Positions 17,628 through 27,500 of a stretch of 55,986 nt of DNA are shown here, piece by piece. The stretch comes from a virus. Lineage: Duplodnaviria > Caudoviricetes. The DNA lies in IMG/VR virus record IMGVR_UViG_3300043411_001213, positions 1 to 55,986 of that record; one strand, written 5' to 3'. Below the pieces are notes generated by a model, which made no database searches, was not told where the DNA came from, and saw only the letters and a program-made list of their open reading frames with translations. The position numbers were made by a program, and so were the translations under genes. Position 1 is the stretch's first letter, and each line of letters opens with the position of its first letter.

Positions 17628-19740
17628 ACTAACAAATTTCCGCAAGGTTCGCTCTGACGTGATGGAGTTCACACCAGGAATCAATTGCATCCGTGGTGCA
17701 AATGAGATATCCAAGACGACCCGAATTGAAGCTATTGCCTATGCCCTGTTCGGTAGCAAGGCGCTGCGCACCACGCTGGAGCAGACCGTCACCTGGGGCG
17801 AGGACGTGAAGTCGCTCATGGTCGACCTCGAACTCACCAGCGGCGGCATCGACTACGTCTTCAGCCGCAGCAAGGCTGGCGCCGAAGTCATCAAGGGCAA
17901 CACCGTCTTCATCACTGGCCAGAACGAGGTCAGCACCTTCGCTGCCACTCTGATCGGTGCCGACCAAAGCATCGCCTCTAACCTGATGTTTTCAGGGCAG
18001 GGGAACATCCGCGGCGCTCTTGAAGAAGGCCCCAAGGCGTTGTCGTCTCTGATCGAGGACCTTGCCGGTTTCACTGTCTTCGACGATATCCTTGAGCGTG
18101 CTCAAGAGAAACTGGCACTGGGCAGCCCCGCCCTGCTGGAGGAGCGCCTGAAAGGTGCTGAGTCCACGTTGGCGGCCGCGACCGAGTCCCTGCCGGTGAA
18201 GCCTGATGACGAAGCCTACCAAGCCTCGGTGACCGCCATTGCCAACAAGATGGCCGAGATCGAGTCGGGCATCCCTGAACTGAAGCGTGTCGCCGACGCT
18301 GCAGCCGAGAAGTTTTCTGCTGCCTCACAGGAGTTCAACGCCAACAACGTACTGGTCGCCGACATCGAACGGGCCGCTGCGCAGGTCGTACAGTGCGAAG
18401 GTCAGGCCGCCGGCTTCCGCGCCAATGCCGATAAGGTGGCACCTGATGTTGAAGGCTTGAAGGCTCAACTGCTGGAATCCGAGCAGTGGGACGCCCGTCA
18501 CGCGGCATATCAACTGTTCCTGCAGTTGAACCACAGCGTTGAACGGTTCGAGGGCACGATCACTGAGTTCATCCTGCACAAGGACAAGGTCTCTGGCGAA
18601 TTCAAGCGCAATTGTGACAAGCTGGTCGAGATCGACAACGCGATCAACGCTGCGCTGCGCAGGAGAATCAATCACGACAAGTGCGACAAGTGCGGGCAGG
18701 ATGTCACCCACCTGACACACGTCGTCGAAACCAATGTCACGGTCGACGCTGAGGTTTTGAAGTTGAAGGCCGACCGTGCCGTGGTCTCTGGCGAGATCGA
18801 TATGTTGTCCCCGCTCATGGCCGAGCTCGATGCTTGGCAAGCTGCCGAGAATCAGGATGCACGCATCCTCGCCAAGCTTGGCGGCTACGTGAATATTGAC
18901 AACAACTCTGTGCCTGCCCGTGTTTCGTGGATCGGCAGCGATCCTGGCACTGCCGGCCCGGACACCCGCGCTTACCGCACCGCCCTTGAAACGGCCCAGG
19001 CTGAAGTTCGTGTGATCGAACAGGCGAAGGCCAAGCTGGAACTGGTTCTCGGTCAGTTGGCAGACGCCAAGCAGAAGCATGCTGACCTGAAGGCGAAGCT
19101 TGACGCTTACACTGGGCCGAGCGCCGAAGACATCCTACGTCTGCAGGGCGAGAAGAACGACGCCGCTCTGGCCGTAACGGTCGCAGATGGCAACATCATT
19201 ATCGCTCGACGCGAGTTGGCGGACCTGACGACAGCGCATGAAGCTGGTGTCCGCATGTGGAACCTCGCCCAAGCTCGCGTGAGTGATGCCGAAAAGACCA
19301 TTGCCAGCACCAAGGCCGACCTCGAGTCCCTGTCGTTCAACAACGCTCTTGTCAAGAAGCTGCGCGCCATCCGCCCGATTGTTGCCAATCAGGTTTGGAA
19401 TTCTGTGTTGACCAGCGTCAGTGTCATGTTCAGCCAGATGCGCGGAGAAGAAAGCTGGGTCACCAAGGACAAGGGTGGCTTCTGCGTCAATGGTCAGGCG
19501 GTCGAGTCGCTTTCCGGCAGCACGCTGGATATCCTCGGTGTCGCCCTGCGTGTCGCCCTGATGAAGACCTTCATGCCTGAATGCAGCCTGCTTGTGCTCG
19601 ACGAGCCGGCACAAGGTTGCGACCAAGTCCGTACCGAGGCCCTGCTCGGTTTCATTGCTGCGAGCGGCATTGGGCAAACCGTTCTGATCACACACGAGGA
19701 CGTGTCCGAGTCCGTGGCCGACAACCTGATTGAGATCTGA
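17611..19740 (+). CDS. SbcC/Rad50-like SMC ATPase
   Basis: LKLTNFR, P-loop GANEISKT, coiled coils, CDKC hook, LSGS signature, LDEP and LITH motifs. Confidence 0.88.
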   Translation: MLLRLKLTNFRKVRSDVMEFTPGINCIRGANEISKTTRIEAIAYALFGSKALRTTLEQTVTWGEDVKSLMVDLELTSGGIDYVFSRSKAGAEVIKGNTVFITGQNEVSTFAATLIGADQSIASNLMFSGQGNIRGALEEGPKALSSLIEDLAGFTVFDDILERAQEKLALGSPALLEERLKGAESTLAAATESLPVKPDDEAYQASVTAIANKMAEIESGIPELKRVADAAAEKFSAASQEFNANNVLVADIERAAAQVVQCEGQAAGFRANADKVAPDVEGLKAQLLESEQWDARHAAYQLFLQLNHSVERFEGTITEFILHKDKVSGEFKRNCDKLVEIDNAINAALRRRINHDKCDKCGQDVTHLTHVVETNVTVDAEVLKLKADRAVVSGEIDMLSPLMAELDAWQAAENQDARILAKLGGYVNIDNNSVPARVSWIGSDPGTAGPDTRAYRTALETAQAEVRVIEQAKAKLELVLGQLADAKQKHADLKAKLDAYTGPSAEDILRLQGEKNDAALAVTVADGNIIIARRELADLTTAHEAGVRMWNLAQARVSDAEKTIASTKADLESLSFNNALVKKLRAIRPIVANQVWNSVLTSVSVMFSQMRGEESWVTKDKGGFCVNGQAVESLSGSTLDILGVALRVALMKTFMPECSLLVLDEPAQGCDQVRTEALLGFIAASGIGQTVLITHEDVSESVADNLIEI

Positions 19741-19741
19741 A

Positions 19742-19915
19742 ATGGATATCGAAGAAGCGAAACAAAAGAAAGTTGAACTCGAGAGGGAAATCAGCAAGCT
19801 GATCCACGCCTTTTCTTCGGAAACCGGGCTGATAGTCAGTGAGATGAACCTGATTGACGTTTCGAACGTCAACGGCACCCAATACTATTACTTCAATGTG
19901 AAGGTCGAACTATGA
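19742..19915 (+). CDS. Small hypothetical protein
   Basis: Tightly packed 57-aa ORF overlapping the next gene. Confidence 0.6.
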   Translation: MDIEEAKQKKVELEREISKLIHAFSSETGLIVSEMNLIDVSNVNGTQYYYFNVKVEL

Positions 19916-20121
19916 ACCAAGACGAGAAAGAAATCACCGTTGAGCTACTCACCTGCGAGCACGGGCACAATCATGTGCAACTGAGTGTGGGTGAGGAAGC
20001 AGCTATCCTTGACATCGACAGGGCGCTCGACCTGTTCGATGCATTGGGCGAGTGCCTGGATGCGGCCGGTGCGTTTGACGACGATGACGAGGGTGACTGT
20101 GGGGTACCGAGATGTCACTGA
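19912..20121 (+). CDS. Small acidic hypothetical protein
   Basis: ATGA-coupled 69-aa ORF. Confidence 0.6.
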   Translation: MNQDEKEITVELLTCEHGHNHVQLSVGEEAAILDIDRALDLFDALGECLDAAGAFDDDDEGDCGVPRCH

Positions 20122-20603
20122 ACAAGTTCCTGAAATTTTGGCCGATCGTTGAGGCTGTTGCGTCGATGAGCAAGGATCCAAGCACTCGTGTTGGGGCCCT
20201 TGCTTTAGATGACAACATGAACATCATTGCGACCGGATTCAATGGGTTCCCTCGAGGTGTGAAAGACGACATCTCGCGCTACATGGATAGAGATACAAAA
20301 TTAAGACTCGTCTCCCACGCAGAACAGAACCTGATCGCACAAGCCGCTTACGGCGGGAGAACGCTGAAAGGCAGCACGATACTGGTGTCTAGTTTGTACC
20401 CATGCGCAAATTGCGCCAAATCAATAATTCAGGCTGGTGTTGTGCGCGTCATGTCCCCGGAACCAGATTCAAGCGATAGGTGGCTTGAAGAGTCCAAATG
20501 GGCAAAGTTAATGTTTGACGAATCCTCTGTGGAGCAAATTTATGTCAGGAAGATTGAAACAGTTGACGGGTCTGCGATTTGGTCGATTGTTGGTGATCGC
20601 TAG
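20112..20603 (+). CDS. dCMP deaminase
   Basis: SKDPSTRVGA, GFNGFPRG, HAEQN and PCANC motifs. Confidence 0.92.
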   Translation: MSLNKFLKFWPIVEAVASMSKDPSTRVGALALDDNMNIIATGFNGFPRGVKDDISRYMDRDTKLRLVSHAEQNLIAQAAYGGRTLKGSTILVSSLYPCANCAKSIIQAGVVRVMSPEPDSSDRWLEESKWAKLMFDESSVEQIYVRKIETVDGSAIWSIVGDR

Positions 20604-20703
20604 ATCCGGCACTCACGTATCGCCGAACGGCTGCAGCAAACCGCTTTGGCGGTGTCTGTGTGATTGCGGCGGCAGACCCTCTAAAGCGAAGGACAGTAAA
20701 TGA
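20542..20703 (+). pseudogene. Truncated HNH endonuclease N-terminus
   Basis: LTGLRFGRLLVI...WRCLCDCG resembles the N-terminus of 1430-2140, then stops. Confidence 0.7.
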
Positions 20704-20903
20704 ACAAAACATTTCTCACCGGGCATGCCGCCGCATGCCGAGAGCTCGCCGAGGCCCTCGGCATTGATCCGCACAGCTGTAGGGGTTTCACGCTGACTGT
20801 TGATGCAGGTCAACCAGTGGTTCTGGAAATCCGCACTTTGGTGCGTAGCGTTGATGAGTTGACGAATGTCCTCAAGAAATTTGAAGTGAAGGAGAAAGAA
20901 TGA
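20700..20903 (+). CDS. Hypothetical protein (67 aa)
   Basis: AAGGA RBS; ATGA overlaps at both ends. Confidence 0.65.
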   Translation: MNKTFLTGHAAACRELAEALGIDPHSCRGFTLTVDAGQPVVLEIRTLVRSVDELTNVLKKFEVKEKE

Positions 20904-21706
20904 AACAGTACCTCGACCTGCTCGAACACGTCATCACCAATGGTGTCGACAAGGGTGATCGCACCGGCACCGGCACGCGCTCGGTATTCGGTTACCAGAT
21001 GCGTTTCGACCTGAGCAAGGGCTTCCCGCTCCTGACCACCAAGAAGCTGCATCTGAAATCCATCATCCATGAGCTGCTCTGGTTCCTGAACGGTGACACG
21101 AACGTGAAGTACTTGCAGGACAACGGCGTTCGCATCTGGGATGAGTGGGCGGATGAGAACGGCGACCTTGGCCCGGTCTATGGGCGCCAATGGCGTAACT
21201 GGAACTCGTGGAACGCCAGCGCCTTCATGGTGGGCCGGGACCAGATCGCCGAACTGGTCAAGGGCATCAAGGAGAACCCGAACAGCCGGCGCCACATCGT
21301 CACGGCTTGGAACCCGGACGAGATTGACCACATGGCCCTACCACCATGCCACTGCCTGTTCCAGTGCTACGTTGCTGACGGCAAGCTGTCGGTACAACTG
21401 TACCAGCGCTCGGCCGACATCTTCCTCGGGGTCCCATTCAACATTGCGTCCTACGCTCTGCTAACCATGATGCTGGCACAGGTCTGCGATCTTGAGCCTG
21501 GTGAATTTATCTGGACTGGTGGCGATACGCACCTGTACTCGAACCATTTCGATCAAGCGAGATTGCAGCTGACCCGCACCCCGTTCGATTTGCCGACGAT
21601 GTATCTCAACCCGTACGTTACCGAGATTGACGGGTTCAAGTTCGACGACTTCACGTTAGCGAACTACGAATGCTATCCGAATATCAAAGCGACCGTCGCA
21701 GTATAG
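20900..21706 (+). CDS. thyA: Thymidylate synthase
   Basis: [40 protein letters not shown] and HLYSNH motifs. Confidence 0.97.
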   Translation: MKQYLDLLEHVITNGVDKGDRTGTGTRSVFGYQMRFDLSKGFPLLTTKKLHLKSIIHELLWFLNGDTNVKYLQDNGVRIWDEWADENGDLGPVYGRQWRNWNSWNASAFMVGRDQIAELVKGIKENPNSRRHIVTAWNPDEIDHMALPPCHCLFQCYVADGKLSVQLYQRSADIFLGVPFNIASYALLTMMLAQVCDLEPGEFIWTGGDTHLYSNHFDQARLQLTRTPFDLPTMYLNPYVTEIDGFKFDDFTLANYECYPNIKATVAV

Positions 21707-21866
21707 GTGCATAAATAAGAGCCGTTCTCAACAACAGGCTTTCACAATCGCTCTTAGAGCGACGATCGTTACCCCACCACGTAGGGTGACCTCAGAAAAC
21801 CATCGGAGATCGTTGTAGCGCAAGCGAATGCGGTTTCCGATGGTGAGGACTAGGAGAATAATAAAA

Positions 21867-21938
21867 ATGTTCCTCGAAGATACCGATGTCATAAAATTGA
21901 CTGGGTTTCGGCAGAAGAAGCAGCGAAGTAGACACTAA
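21867..21938 (+). pseudogene. Truncated DUF4224/excisionase-like N-terminus
   Basis: AGGAG RBS followed by MFLEDTDVIKLTGFRQKKQ and a stop after 23 aa. Confidence 0.45.
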
Positions 21939-21953
21939 CATGCGCTCCGCAAG

Positions 21954-22424
21954 TCACACACTGCTCCGCAATCGTATTTGGCAGACAACCTTGCACCTGC
22001 CTTGTTTGATGGAGAAGAGGTTCCAGCCAACGAACAATTCAAGGTGCTTGTTGCCGATCGAAACGAAGCGGCGATATAACCAATAACCGTCCGGTCTCTT
22101 CCAATAGACAGCGTCCATGTTTTGCGACCAACACCACGCACTGTCACCGACACAGCCGAGCACGTAGTAACTGACATAGTTACCACCGTTGCGCCAGAGC
22201 CACCTCGTTCTGTTCACGAACGAGAGCGGGTCACCTCCCCACAAGCGCAATCTCTTCCAACCTGGGTCACCGGTCAGGTCGTTGTCGATTGTTTCCAGCC
22301 AGCGCAGGTGCGTCAGGTGGCGCTTGTCGTCTGTCGAGAATAGCCATACGGCGAACGGCGCCAGAAGATACGCTGCTGCAGTGATGACAAACATTGCCGG
22401 CAGACGGACGATGTACCTGATCAT
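21954..22424 (-). CDS. Hypothetical membrane protein, last gene of the late arm
   Basis: N-terminal TM; WLETIDNDLTGD..W and WLWRN pattern. Confidence 0.7.
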   Translation of the reverse strand: MIRYIVRLPAMFVITAAAYLLAPFAVWLFSTDDKRHLTHLRWLETIDNDLTGDPGWKRLRLWGGDPLSFVNRTRWLWRNGGNYVSYYVLGCVGDSAWCWSQNMDAVYWKRPDGYWLYRRFVSIGNKHLELFVGWNLFSIKQGRCKVVCQIRLRSSV

Positions 22425-22810
22425 AGCGTGCTCGCAAGCACGAACAACTCGTCAAGCTGCGTCTCGGTCAGCCCGAGCGCCGTTGAGGCCCCGAGCAAGA
22501 TCGGATCATCCCGGCGCCACGTCATTGCTTTGGCGATGAAGGCCCGCTCGACAAACGTTCTGGACGGAGAGTTCGCCCACGCCTCGTAAGCCGAGGACAT
22601 CCCGGCCGCATCAATGGCCAGCAGGCCTTGAAGCGCTGTGATGGCTGGCGGTACAGCAACGACCGCTGTCGGCTTCGAAAATGAGCCGTCAGCGTAACCG
22701 TCACCGATACCGAAGCCGTCCTGCAATTCAACTAAGCCTGGTAGCGCATCCAGCGTATCAACCACGACCACATTCACGACCACGCCGTTTTCAATCTGTG
22801 CTGCTCGCAT
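22421..22810 (-). CDS. Tail-fibre-associated (assembly-like) protein
   Basis: Directly follows the fibre gene; IENGVVVNVVV, GIGDGYADGSF and LGLTETQLDELF segments. Confidence 0.6.
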   Translation of the reverse strand: MRAAQIENGVVVNVVVVDTLDALPGLVELQDGFGIGDGYADGSFSKPTAVVAVPPAITALQGLLAIDAAGMSSAYEAWANSPSRTFVERAFIAKAMTWRRDDPILLGASTALGLTETQLDELFVLASTL

Positions 22811-22820
22811 ATCGATCTCC

Positions 22821-24575
22821 TTACCAGATTACCGTCACGACGACCTTGCCGTTGGCGCCCGCGCCGCTGGTGCCAGTTTCAGAACCACCACCGCCGCCGC
22901 CAGGAGCCGTTCCTGCTGTCGCTGCGTTTGCGTCATAAGCACCAGCGCCACCGTTGCCGCCAAAGCTGCTAACCCCGCCGTTGCCAGGCGCATTAGCGGC
23001 ACTCACGCCGCCGCCGCCACCACCACCGCCACCGCTGATGCTATAGCCGCCATTTGCCCCAGGCCGTGAGGTCTGAGCACCACCACCACCGCCACCAGCG
23101 TTGTCGCCAAACAGGCCCGCGATGGCGTTTGTCGCGATGGCAGCACCAGCCCCGCCGTTGCCGCCAAGCGCGGCAACGTGAGCACCAGCCCCCTGACCGG
23201 CGGTAGTTTGCCCGCAACCACCACCACCACCGCCACCGCCGCCCGGCGAAACTGGCGCGTCGTTTGTTGATGAAGCGGCGGCAAGTCCGCCACCACCGCC
23301 GCCCTGCGCAACGACAAGCGAACCGAAAGAACTCGCGCCGCCAGCGTTACCGTGCGTACTGGCCGTTGTCTGTGCGGAGCCGCCAGCGCCAACAGTGGTA
23401 GCGACCGTCGCTGCCAGAGCCGACAATGGCACAATCTTGGACCGATACAAGCCGCCGCCACCGCCACCTCCAGCCGCATTGTTTGCCCCTTTTCCGCCAC
23501 TACCGCCGCCACCCCAAACCTCAATGATGGCTATCGCATCTGCTGGAGCGCCGCCAGGCTTTGTCCATGTTCCGCTTGACGTGAAGGTTTGAACATTGCG
23601 CGTTCCCCCGCTGACCGTGCAATTAAGCAGCCCACCAGAAAACGCCAGCCCGGTGCCAAGATTTCCGGAGTCGATCAACGAACGCCACGCGCTCCACGCC
23701 CCGGAACCACCGACATTTGACGGGTCACCCGACCGGGTATAGAGGTGACCTGTTGCGTAATCTCCGTACAACTGCGTGATGGTATTGCCAGCGCCATGAG
23801 TAACCAGCAACTGCCCATAAGATGGGCCGGGGCCGTTTACTAGGCTTGTCCCGCAACGATAGAACCCGGAGCTCGTTACTGTGTTTAGATCTGTACTGTT
23901 AGCAACCGATCCGTTTGTGATCCCGGTTACCGTCGACGCATTGCCCGAACACGATGCCGCTGTCGTGGCGTTGGCCACAGGCGTCGAGCCAATCGCCGCA
24001 ACAATCTCCGCAGCGGTCGCCGCCGTCATTGCTGATGCGCCGTTCCCCTTGACCAGCCCGGTCAGCGTAGCGACACCCGTGCCACCATTTGCCACCGGCA
24101 GGACGCCGGACACATGGCCGGTCAGCGTCACCTTGCCGTAAGCCGGAGCCGCGCCGACACCACCGGAAAGCAGCACGTTTCCGGTCGCCACATCGGCCAG
24201 TTTGCCGAGCACGTTGGTGGCCGAGGCGAAGACAATATCGCCGAGCGCATAGGTAGTCATCCCGGTGCCGCCATTCGCTACCGCCGCCGTGCCGGTGATG
24301 TTGCCGGCTGTCGTGGCGCTGCCGGCTGTCGTGGCCGTCGCCGCATTACCGCTGATGTTGATCGCGTACAGCGACGACATGTCGGACCACGTTGACCCGT
24401 TGAACTTCTGCCACTTGTTCGACGCACTATTCCAGCGCAATGCGTTGGTCTGCACATTGGTTGGCGTGCTGGTCGCCGGGTCGTAGCCAAGCGCAAGATC
24501 GTCGAGTCGCCCATCGATCTCGGCAATCATGTTGCCGTAAACACTGGCAACAGTCGGTTTATTGTGATCAGCCAT
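22821..24575 (-). CDS. Tail fibre with knob-like insert and Gly-rich C-terminal domain
   Basis: Start MADHNKPT; VANGGTG repeats; DLNTVTSSGFYR...LYTRS; FTSSGTWTKP...GGGGSGG. Confidence 0.8.
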   Translation of the reverse strand: MADHNKPTVASVYGNMIAEIDGRLDDLALGYDPATSTPTNVQTNALRWNSASNKWQKFNGSTWSDMSSLYAINISGNAATATTAGSATTAGNITGTAAVANGGTGMTTYALGDIVFASATNVLGKLADVATGNVLLSGGVGAAPAYGKVTLTGHVSGVLPVANGGTGVATLTGLVKGNGASAMTAATAAEIVAAIGSTPVANATTAASCSGNASTVTGITNGSVANSTDLNTVTSSGFYRCGTSLVNGPGPSYGQLLVTHGAGNTITQLYGDYATGHLYTRSGDPSNVGGSGAWSAWRSLIDSGNLGTGLAFSGGLLNCTVSGGTRNVQTFTSSGTWTKPGGAPADAIAIIEVWGGGGSGGKGANNAAGGGGGGGLYRSKIVPLSALAATVATTVGAGGSAQTTASTHGNAGGASSFGSLVVAQGGGGGGLAAASSTNDAPVSPGGGGGGGGGCGQTTAGQGAGAHVAALGGNGGAGAAIATNAIAGLFGDNAGGGGGGAQTSRPGANGGYSISGGGGGGGGGVSAANAPGNGGVSSFGGNGGAGAYDANAATAGTAPGGGGGGSETGTSGAGANGKVVVTVIW

Positions 24576-24576
24576 T

Positions 24577-27500
24577 TTAGTAACCTCGGACGGTCCAGGA
24601 TGCGGTGCCGCTGACGCGGGTACCGGCGCTGTTGAAAAGAAGAATCTTGAAACTGGTCGGGTTAGGCGAATCCGTAAAGTCATAGATCGCCGTGATTGGG
24701 GACGTACCGGCCGCCGTCACCTGAATGGCCTCGACATCGATGAATTCAGGCGTGCCGCCGACATCGCGGGTGTCGGTGATATAGATGGTCGTGCCGCCGC
24801 TATCGGAGGACAGGCAGGCTTTCGACCCGCTGATCGTCTTCAGCTTGGCATCGAGCCGGGTATTGATGCCGGTCAGGTTGATCAGCGCATGGTCATCACC
24901 AGAAACAGCGATGCGCACCTTGACGTAGCGATAATTGGTACTGAAAACCTGTGTCGTGTCTGGGTGATCGACCCACGACGAACCGAATTCGCTAAGGCTG
25001 ATCGTCACCGATACGGTTGGCGTCCCGGCGATCACCGTATAGTTTGGCGAGACAGTCACCTTGCAGGCGCCCAGCGTCGTGCCAACGTCGATCGTCTCTT
25101 CGTAATAGCCCGGAGAATTTGCGGGCTGAATGAAGATCGGATAACCCGCGGTGATCTGGTCCTGCGGCGTGCTCCACGAATGATTCGTGAAATGCTGCGC
25201 CACCGTCTCTGTCGTGTTGATCGGCATAACTACACCGCCGACACCGGTGTCCAGCTTGGCGTTTGAGAACGATACCGCCGTCACATTGCCAGCCACGGCA
25301 AACGTCGAATCGTAGTCGCCACGCAACACATAATCCGGCGGCTGCGAGACGGTGACTGCCAGCGTTTTCGGTGTGCCGTAGTTGCCCGCCGAATCAATCC
25401 CGGTCACCGAGTAGGTGTAGGTGCCGGCCACTGTCTCGAACAGGCTCGTGAACAGGCCTTGTTTCGTGCCCACGACCTCGGCGCCGCGCTTGATTTCATA
25501 CTCGGAAATCGGCAGCGATGCCTTGGCGTCCGTCCAGTACAGCAGGACGTTGTTATCCACGACTTCTGCCGTCAGAACCGGTTGTACCGGAGCTGTTATC
25601 GTCAAAGACGTCATGGAAGCGACCCCGACATTGCCGGCAATGTCAACCGCCGCCACCCAGAACTTGCGCTCACCGGCCCAGGCAACCGGCGCCTGATAGA
25701 CCGTCGAATAAGGACGACCCACGACAGTGCCCGCTGCCCACGAATCGCCGTAGCGAATTTCGTAGTAGTCGATCAGGAACATTGCGGTCGGCGCTGACCA
25801 GCGCAGCACACAGTCCGCGCCGGAAATGGCTACAGTAGGCGACACCGAACCCGGTGCTGCAATCGGCACCGTCAGGCTAGTTGGAGTCATGCTCAGGTTG
25901 CCGCTGGTGTCTCTAGCCACCACCCAGTACGGGGCGCCGCCAGCACTGGTCACGGCCATTCGCAATTCATTGGCTGCCGGGGTGGCGATCTCGGTCGCCG
26001 TCGCCCATGTGGCGCCACGCTTGACGACGTAATTGGCCAGATCAACCGCTGAAACAGCGCCCCACTTCAGGATGAGGGCGCCGGTTTCCAGTGCGTAAGT
26101 CAGGCCGGACACATTCGGCGGCGGGTTGGTCTTGCCGGTGACGTAGATCGCGGTTTGCGTCAGCCAATCACCTGTTCGCCCATCCTCTCCGATGAAGCGA
26201 ATCCGAATGTCGAAGGTCTGCCGTTCAACCAGCGGCCCGATGCTGACTGATCCGGCCTTGGCCTCGACCAGCGGCACCGTCTTCCACACTGCGTTGATCG
26301 AGTCGGTCAGACGATACTGCGCTTCAACACGGCTGATCGTCTGCGCCAATGGTTCGACCGTCGAGGCGTTGAGGCCGCTGCTCGTGTTCCACTTGACCAG
26401 AATATTGGCCTGGAACCCGCTACCGACGACAGTCAGCGCCCCTTCATCGGCGATCAGGCTGGTGATGATCGGCACTTGATTGATTGCCAGTCGCACCAAC
26501 GGAGGCGGCAAAGTGATCTGGCTTTCCCAGCCGCCGAACGGCAGCGTCTCGGCATCGAAGACGGCAGGCGCGTAGTCGCAGAGCAGCAGGCGAGCCTGCA
26601 GACCGGGAAGCGGTTCGACGGACTTGACCAGGCAATCGACGGACTCCATGTTCAACTCGCCGAACATGAACTGGTCGCCAGCGGCTGGCTTGTTGGTGCT
26701 GATTGCGGTCGTGAAGCTGAGCGTATCGAACAGGCCGGTGGCGCCGGTGATGATTGCCGTGTTGGTGACATTGCCGGCGGTGCGCCAGCGCAGGGTGTAG
26801 TCCTTGCCGCTTTCCATCTGCATCGGTTCATCGACCACGACGCCAGTGACGTCGCCGACCACTGACTTGATGCGGCCGGAACCGAGACCCCACATGGGAA
26901 TGCCGTTATTCGCCTTGATTCTGTCACCACGCGTGCAGATGACCGATTCAATGTCGGAATACAGCTCGTATTCCTCCGGTCGCAGGATGATCTGCTTCAT
27001 GTGATGACGGCCGTTCTTCCACACCGGCCCAGGGCTGCCGTCATCTTCGACCGGCTGCGTCACACCAGAAAGGTCGATCGACTCGAACAGCGTGGCATTC
27101 GACTCGTTGTAGCCGTCGGCGTAAATGATCATTTCGTCCGGCTGGTAGTCCTTCCGGCGATTGATAAACCGGCAGCGCAGCGCGTGCGGCAGCTTGGGTA
27201 GCAGGCGGACGCCCTTGAAGCCCCAGGAATTGCTCGGCGTGAAGTGCTGTGCGATCTGGGTCTTCGGTTCATCGATGACGATTGACCATTTGCCGTCCGG
27301 CATCGAGACAGAGGCGCGGCCGGCGGCGGCGATTTCGTTGATTACATCGCGTACCGGACGCTGGCCGGTGATCACGTTCTCGTACAGAAAGCCGTGCGCG
27401 TCGCAGAACTCTGAAAAGTGCTGCAGCGATGGCAGGTCAATCTGGGAATACGGCACCGGCTTGGCGTTGGCGGGATGCGTCAGGACGTAAAGAATCAGCG

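Noticed and set aside
7997-21706. Z-base, 7-deazaguanine or hmU DNA modification pathway
   Set aside because: No PurZ, Que/DpdA or hydroxymethylase was recognised, and ThyA looks canonical.
21700-24575. Diversity-generating retroelement or invertible fibre cassette
   Set aside because: No reverse transcriptase, template/variable repeat pair or invertase was seen.
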